64,000 nt of DNA from an uncultured Bacilli bacterium (lineage in GTDB: Bacteria > Bacillota_I > Bacilli_A > RF39 > UBA660). Location of the stretch: NCBI GenBank assembly GCA_934101595.1, contig CAKORR010000005.1, forward strand, positions 6,380-70,379, given 5' to 3'. Within the stretch, counting starts at the first letter, position 1. Each line of letters begins with the position of its first letter. Shown piece by piece: positions 59,767 to 64,000 of the stretch. Both the position numbers and the translations under genes were made by a program. The notes under the pieces were generated by a model, which worked only from the letters and a program-made list of their open reading frames with translations, was not told the DNA's origin and made no database searches.

Positions 59767-60305
59767 GAAACTTTTTTATTATATACAGGAATATCATCTA
59801 AAGATTGATATGGCATTACAATATTTGGACTTTTAATTTTACAACTTTGTGATGGCCCACTATAATTATTTTCGCGGGATAATTCGTGAGTCTTATTTTT
59901 ACAATAGCTTCTAATTAACCCTTGTGCTTCTTCTAAATCCTTTTCTACAAAAGTTAAATTGTTTAGTTCTTGCATATTCTCATTGTTTTTTCGAGTTACA
60001 GAAACATATCTAAAAGCGGCCGCCGTTATGGCTATATTGCAAATTGTTGCATGAATAAAAAAATGCTTTTCACCAGTTAGCGAATATTGAATAAGATCAT
60101 AAATTAGATATCCAAGTTCGCCCATTACCGCAGTTAAAGTTATAAAAAAGCCAGAACTGGCAATTTTCTTACTAATATTTAATGCTTTAATTTTTTCCTT
60201 TACTTCGAAAAGAGTATTAGAGATTTGTGATGCTTTTGCGTCAATCAATTCTTCACTCGCACCAGTATCAATTAAATATTCAACTTCTTCATATGAACTT
60301 TTCAT
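59727..60305 (-). CDS. 2-TM membrane protein of unknown family (paralog 2)
   Basis: Same architecture as paralog 1, with the tail EDKPLTRARKPR. The body is diverged. Confidence 0.4.
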   Translation of the reverse strand: MKSSYEEVEYLIDTGASEELIDAKASQISNTLFEVKEKIKALNISKKIASSGFFITLTAVMGELGYLIYDLIQYSLTGEKHFFIHATICNIAITAAAFRYVSVTRKNNENMQELNNLTFVEKDLEEAQGLIRSYCKNKTHELSRENNYSGPSQSCKIKSPNIVMPYQSLDDIPVYNKKVSEDKPLTRARKPR

Positions 60306-60361
60306 AAAAATTCCCCCTCATTAGTGACTAAATTATATCATTTTTGTAAAATAATGTCAAA

Positions 60362-60796
60362 TTATCGCTCCAACAGCAAAGTTGTTGGACCATCATTAAT
60401 GAGGGCTATTTTCATATCTGCCCCAAAAACACCAGTCTTAGTTGGTACTAAATTATTTAGTTTTTTATTAAATTCATCATATAAAATAGTGGCCTTTTCT
60501 CTTTTCATCGCTTTAACATAACTTGGCCTATTTCCACTTGAGGCATCGCCATATAGTGTGAATTGACTAATTGATAAAATCTCTCCTTGAACATCTAAAA
60601 GCGATTTATTCATAACACCATTTTCATCTTCAAAAATTCTTAGTTTTGGTATTTTATTAATCATATAATCTATTTTTTCACTATTATCATTATCGGTAAA
60701 ACCTACAAATACAACTAAGCCTTTTTTAATATTATTATATACCTTATTATCTATAGAAACGGAAGCACTTAAGCATTTTTGAACTAATACTCTCAT
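60362..60796 (-). CDS. dtd: D-aminoacyl-tRNA deacylase
   Basis: MRVLVQKC... N-terminus, SQFTLYGD motif, 144 aa. Conserved relA-dtd order. Confidence 0.9.
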   Translation of the reverse strand: MRVLVQKCLSASVSIDNKVYNNIKKGLVVFVGFTDNDNSEKIDYMINKIPKLRIFEDENGVMNKSLLDVQGEILSISQFTLYGDASSGNRPSYVKAMKREKATILYDEFNKKLNNLVPTKTGVFGADMKIALINDGPTTLLLER

Positions 60797-62946
60797 TATA
60801 TTACCTCAACTACATAGCGTTGTTTTTCTAAATCTAATTTTAATTTGTTAAGTTCTTGAGATGATTTAACTTTAACTACTATTTCATACTTATTATAATT
60901 GGCTTGATTTAATGTTTTTACCGAGTCTATAATTATATTTTTCATTGTGGCAAGTGTCAAAATATCTAACAAATAGTTTTTATCTTGTTCCGTAACTATA
61001 GTTATATTTGTTAAATAAGAGTTATCAGACTTATCGTTCCAACTCACTTCTATTAGTCTATCGCTATCATTTAAAATGTTTACGCAATCCTTTTTATGGA
61101 TAGTTATTCCTTCCCCACGAGTTATATAGCCAACTATAGGATCCCCTTTAATTGGTCTACAGCATTTAGCCAAGGAAACCATTATATTATCTGCCCCAGC
61201 TACTATAATATCACTTTTATAATTTTTACTATAATCATGATTTTGTTTACTAATTTTTTCAATCAAGGCATCTTCAACAGTCGATTTATCATTTGAAGTT
61301 AAATTAATAATATAACCTGGGGTAAAACGTAGTGAACCAAGCGATAGATAAATATCATTAATATCCTTTAACTTAAGATCTTTACATATTTTTAAAATAT
61401 TACCGTCATTCAAAATGTCTTGAAAAGCAAGTTTTCTTTTTCTAAGCTCCCTCTCCAAGAGTTCTTTGCCTCTTTCAATATAAATATCGCGATCTTGCTT
61501 ACTAAAATAGGCTTTAATTTTATTTTTAGCCTGAGTTGTTTTTACTATCTTTAGCCAGTTTTTACTTGGCGTTGCTGATGAACTTGTCTTTATTTTAACT
61601 ATGTCATTATCCATTAGTTCATGGTCTAAAGGAACCATAACATCATTAACGATTGCTCCGACCGTTTTATCACCAACATCACTATGAATTCGGTAGGCAA
61701 AATCAATTGGTGTAGATCCTTTCGGAAGCTCCACAACGTCCCCTTTAGGTGTAAAAACGTAGATCATTTCGTCAAGGAATTCTTTCGTGACTTCATTGGT
61801 AAAGTCAATATCGTTTTCTAAAGATTCCGATGTCTCAATGGCATTTCTAAACATTTCTAGTTTTTGTTCCATAATATTTTGAACTTTTTTACTACCTTTT
61901 TCTTTATACGACCAATGTGACGCAAGACCTTTTTCGGCTATTTCATCCATTTCAGTTGTTCTAAATTGAACTTCAAACAAACGACCATCGACTCCAAAAA
62001 TAGTTGTGTGTAGTGATTGGTACATGTTTTCCTTTGGCATGGCAATGTAATCTTTAAACCTCTTTGGAATTGGCCTGAATTTTGAATGAACAAGGCCTAC
62101 AGCAAGGTAACAGTCACTTTCCCTCTCTAAGATAACTCTTAAAGCCAGAAAGTCATATATTTCATTCCATTTTTTCCCTTTGGATAATTTATTGTAAATA
62201 CTGTAGACACTTTTTACTCGTCCTTTTATTTCAAACTGCAAGCCGTTTTTCAATAAAATATCAGTTATTTCTTCCTTCATCTCATCTAAGGCTTTATTAA
62301 GTTCATTTCTGCTATTATTTAATTTTTCCTCGATATCTTTATATACCTCTGGCTTTGTATATCGTAAGGACAAATCTTCTAACTCACTTTTAATAGAGTT
62401 AATACCTAAGCGATGAGCAATTGGCACTAATACGGTTAAAGTTTCATTGGCTTTTCTCTTCTGCTTTTTGGGATTTACTGCCCATATGGTTCGCATATTA
62501 TGTAGTCTATCTGCTAATTTAACATATAAAACTCGTACATCTTCAGACAATCCAACTAAAACTTTTCTTAAGTAAATAGCTGAAGAGTCCGAATCATCTT
62601 GGAGCTCTAATTTATTAATCTTTGAAATAGAAGTTACAATTTTTTTTATTTCTGGGGAAAAATTTTTCTCAAGATCTTCTTCAGTAGCGTTGCCATTATT
62701 AATTACTTCATGCAATAATGCACCTTGAATTGTTTCAACATCAACGTTTAATGATAGCAAAATATATGCAACATTCAAAGGATGCGTTATATAATCTTCA
62801 TTAGTTAACCTTTTTCTTCCTTCATGCATCTTTAACGCATATTGGTAAGCTTTTTTTATTTTTTCTATATCATCATTATTTTTATATAAATTTTCAGCTT
62901 TTTTTATAAAATCTTCATAGCTTATTTTATCGTATTTCATCATCAT
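60796..62946 (-). CDS. relA: bifunctional (p)ppGpp synthetase/hydrolase RelA/SpoT
   Basis: HD hydrolase domain, synthetase domain, TGS and ACT. 716 aa. Confidence 0.95.
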   Translation of the reverse strand: MMMKYDKISYEDFIKKAENLYKNNDDIEKIKKAYQYALKMHEGRKRLTNEDYITHPLNVAYILLSLNVDVETIQGALLHEVINNGNATEEDLEKNFSPEIKKIVTSISKINKLELQDDSDSSAIYLRKVLVGLSEDVRVLYVKLADRLHNMRTIWAVNPKKQKRKANETLTVLVPIAHRLGINSIKSELEDLSLRYTKPEVYKDIEEKLNNSRNELNKALDEMKEEITDILLKNGLQFEIKGRVKSVYSIYNKLSKGKKWNEIYDFLALRVILERESDCYLAVGLVHSKFRPIPKRFKDYIAMPKENMYQSLHTTIFGVDGRLFEVQFRTTEMDEIAEKGLASHWSYKEKGSKKVQNIMEQKLEMFRNAIETSESLENDIDFTNEVTKEFLDEMIYVFTPKGDVVELPKGSTPIDFAYRIHSDVGDKTVGAIVNDVMVPLDHELMDNDIVKIKTSSSATPSKNWLKIVKTTQAKNKIKAYFSKQDRDIYIERGKELLERELRKRKLAFQDILNDGNILKICKDLKLKDINDIYLSLGSLRFTPGYIINLTSNDKSTVEDALIEKISKQNHDYSKNYKSDIIVAGADNIMVSLAKCCRPIKGDPIVGYITRGEGITIHKKDCVNILNDSDRLIEVSWNDKSDNSYLTNITIVTEQDKNYLLDILTLATMKNIIIDSVKTLNQANYNKYEIVVKVKSSQELNKLKLDLEKQRYVVEVI

Positions 62947-63220
62947 CCCTAATTTCTCTTCTAGAATTGTCTAATTGCTTTTTCAAAAATTCAGAAAAAA
63001 CCAAATTATCGGTATTCAAAATATCATCGACCATTTTATATAATCCCAGACTTTCTGAATTATTCCAAAAATTTTCTTTACAACAATTCCATATATCTTC
63101 TTCATGTATATATGAATAGTTACATCTTTTAAGTTCTTTTGCTTTCACTTCTAATGCTGGTAATAGCCGTTTATACAAATCATTTAAACTCTTAAACTTT
63201 ATATCTTCCATAAAAATCAC
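62927..63220 (-). CDS. hypothetical small protein upstream of relA
   Basis: 97-aa ORF with no recognised motif. Confidence 0.3.
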   Translation of the reverse strand: MIFMEDIKFKSLNDLYKRLLPALEVKAKELKRCNYSYIHEEDIWNCCKENFWNNSESLGLYKMVDDILNTDNLVFSEFLKKQLDNSRREIRDDDEIR

Positions 63221-63285
63221 CTAAAAAACATAATTTATCATATAAATATTATATAACAAAAAATATATTATTTAAAGGTGATAGT

Positions 63286-64000
63286 TTGAAAAATAAATTC
63301 ATAAAATCAACATTTATTTTAATTATAGGCGGATTTGTAGTAAAAATATTGGGATTTGTAATTAAACTACTTTATACAAGAATAATAGGTCCAGAAGGAA
63401 TTGGGTTATATTCCTTAATAATACCTTCATACTCGCTATTTATTACTATAGCAACACTAGCTATGCCAGTGGCTATCTCAAAATTAGTAGCGGAAGGAAA
63501 GTATCCATATAAAGATATATTTTCTTCAGCATTTGCGATTATCTTTTTAGTTGATGCAATATTAATATTTTTTATATTGGCTTTCAAAAATTTTATAAGC
63601 GTAAATTTACTTAATGAACCTAGGCTTGAATTTTTATTTATAGCAATTACTATCACTATTCCATTTATAAGTGCTACAACGGTTTATAAGGGGTATTTTT
63701 TGGGCAAACAAAATATGATTCCAAATACAGTTTCCAATATTTTTGAACAAATATTAAGAATCGTTTTAATCATATTATTTTTGCCAATTATATACAAAAA
63801 AAGCATCATAGATGCCGTGGCAGGTTTGATATTACTGAGTGTATTTTCTGAAAGCTTATCACTATTAATATTCTTATTTTTTATGAGAAAAGAAAAAAGA
63901 CAAATATCATCTGTAAAAAAAGATATTTGTCATGACATATTAAAAACCGCTATCCCAAGTGTTTCATCACGACTTGTAGGTAATATTGGTTTCTTTTTTG
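63286..64000 (+). CDS. MOP-superfamily flippase (SpoVB/MurJ/Wzx-like), 5' partial
   Basis: TTG start after the RBS aaaggtga. A continuous hydrophobic ORF runs to the window end (GGFVVKILGFVIKLLYTRIIGPEGIGLYS...). Not in the ORF track because there is no stop in the window. Confidence 0.5.
   Translation, partial: MKNKFIKSTFILIIGGFVVKILGFVIKLLYTRIIGPEGIGLYSLIIPSYSLFITIATLAMPVAISKLVAEGKYPYKDIFSSAFAIIFLVDAILIFFILAFKNFISVNLLNEPRLEFLFIAITITIPFISATTVYKGYFLGKQNMIPNTVSNIFEQILRIVLIILFLPIIYKKSIIDAVAGLILLSVFSESLSLLIFLFFMRKEKRQISSVKKDICHDILKTAIPSVSSRLVGNIGFFF

Noticed and set aside
63372-63656. 94-aa - strand ORF
   Set aside because: Antisense to the long uninterrupted + strand flippase ORF that starts at 63286 and has a convincing RBS and hydrophobic periodicity.

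Overview
AT-rich (roughly 27-30% GC) chromosomal segment of a low-GC Gram-positive bacterium, most likely a Clostridia-type spore former. The clearest family-level hint is that the sortase B and its (S/P)PxTG-type substrates closely resemble those of Clostridioides difficile. The window appears to span the replication terminus. Genes at 1-34.4 kb are almost all on the + strand and genes at 34.5-63 kb are almost all on the - strand. The switch point coincides with a 28-bp dif-like XerCD site at 34465..34492. The left replichore side carries a conserved Firmicutes block: trxA, rpsD, radC-mreC-mreD, spoIVFA/spoIVFB-like genes, rplU-prp-rpmA-obg, a complete Tad/Flp pilus locus, sepF-divIVA, a pro-sigma-K-like sigma factor, dgt, two M16 peptidases, uvrC, a thioester-domain-like surface protein, dnaG-sigA-trmK, an orphan pilC/pilD pair and mnmA. 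At the dif site sits a ~5.1 kb filamentous (inovirus-like) prophage with an HUH Rep, a Zot-like assembly ATPase, coat-like small proteins and a ribbon-helix-helix (RHH) protein. It is flanked by 21-bp direct repeats that resemble the dif central region and XerD arm, which suggests Xer-mediated (IMEX-type) integration. Downstream, a zupT zinc-transporter gene is split by a ~2.8 kb element that encodes a large serine recombinase and one unknown cargo gene. The right side carries xerD, rarA, a sortase-B/vWA-MucBP adhesin operon preceded by tcdA and a long structured leader, a solitary HerA-like ATPase, gatCAB-asnS-hisS with a T-box leader, two tandem paralogous 2-TM proteins with an unusual conserved 3' module, dtd-relA, and the start of a SpoVB/MurJ-like flippase. 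I saw no rRNA, tRNA or CRISPR array.
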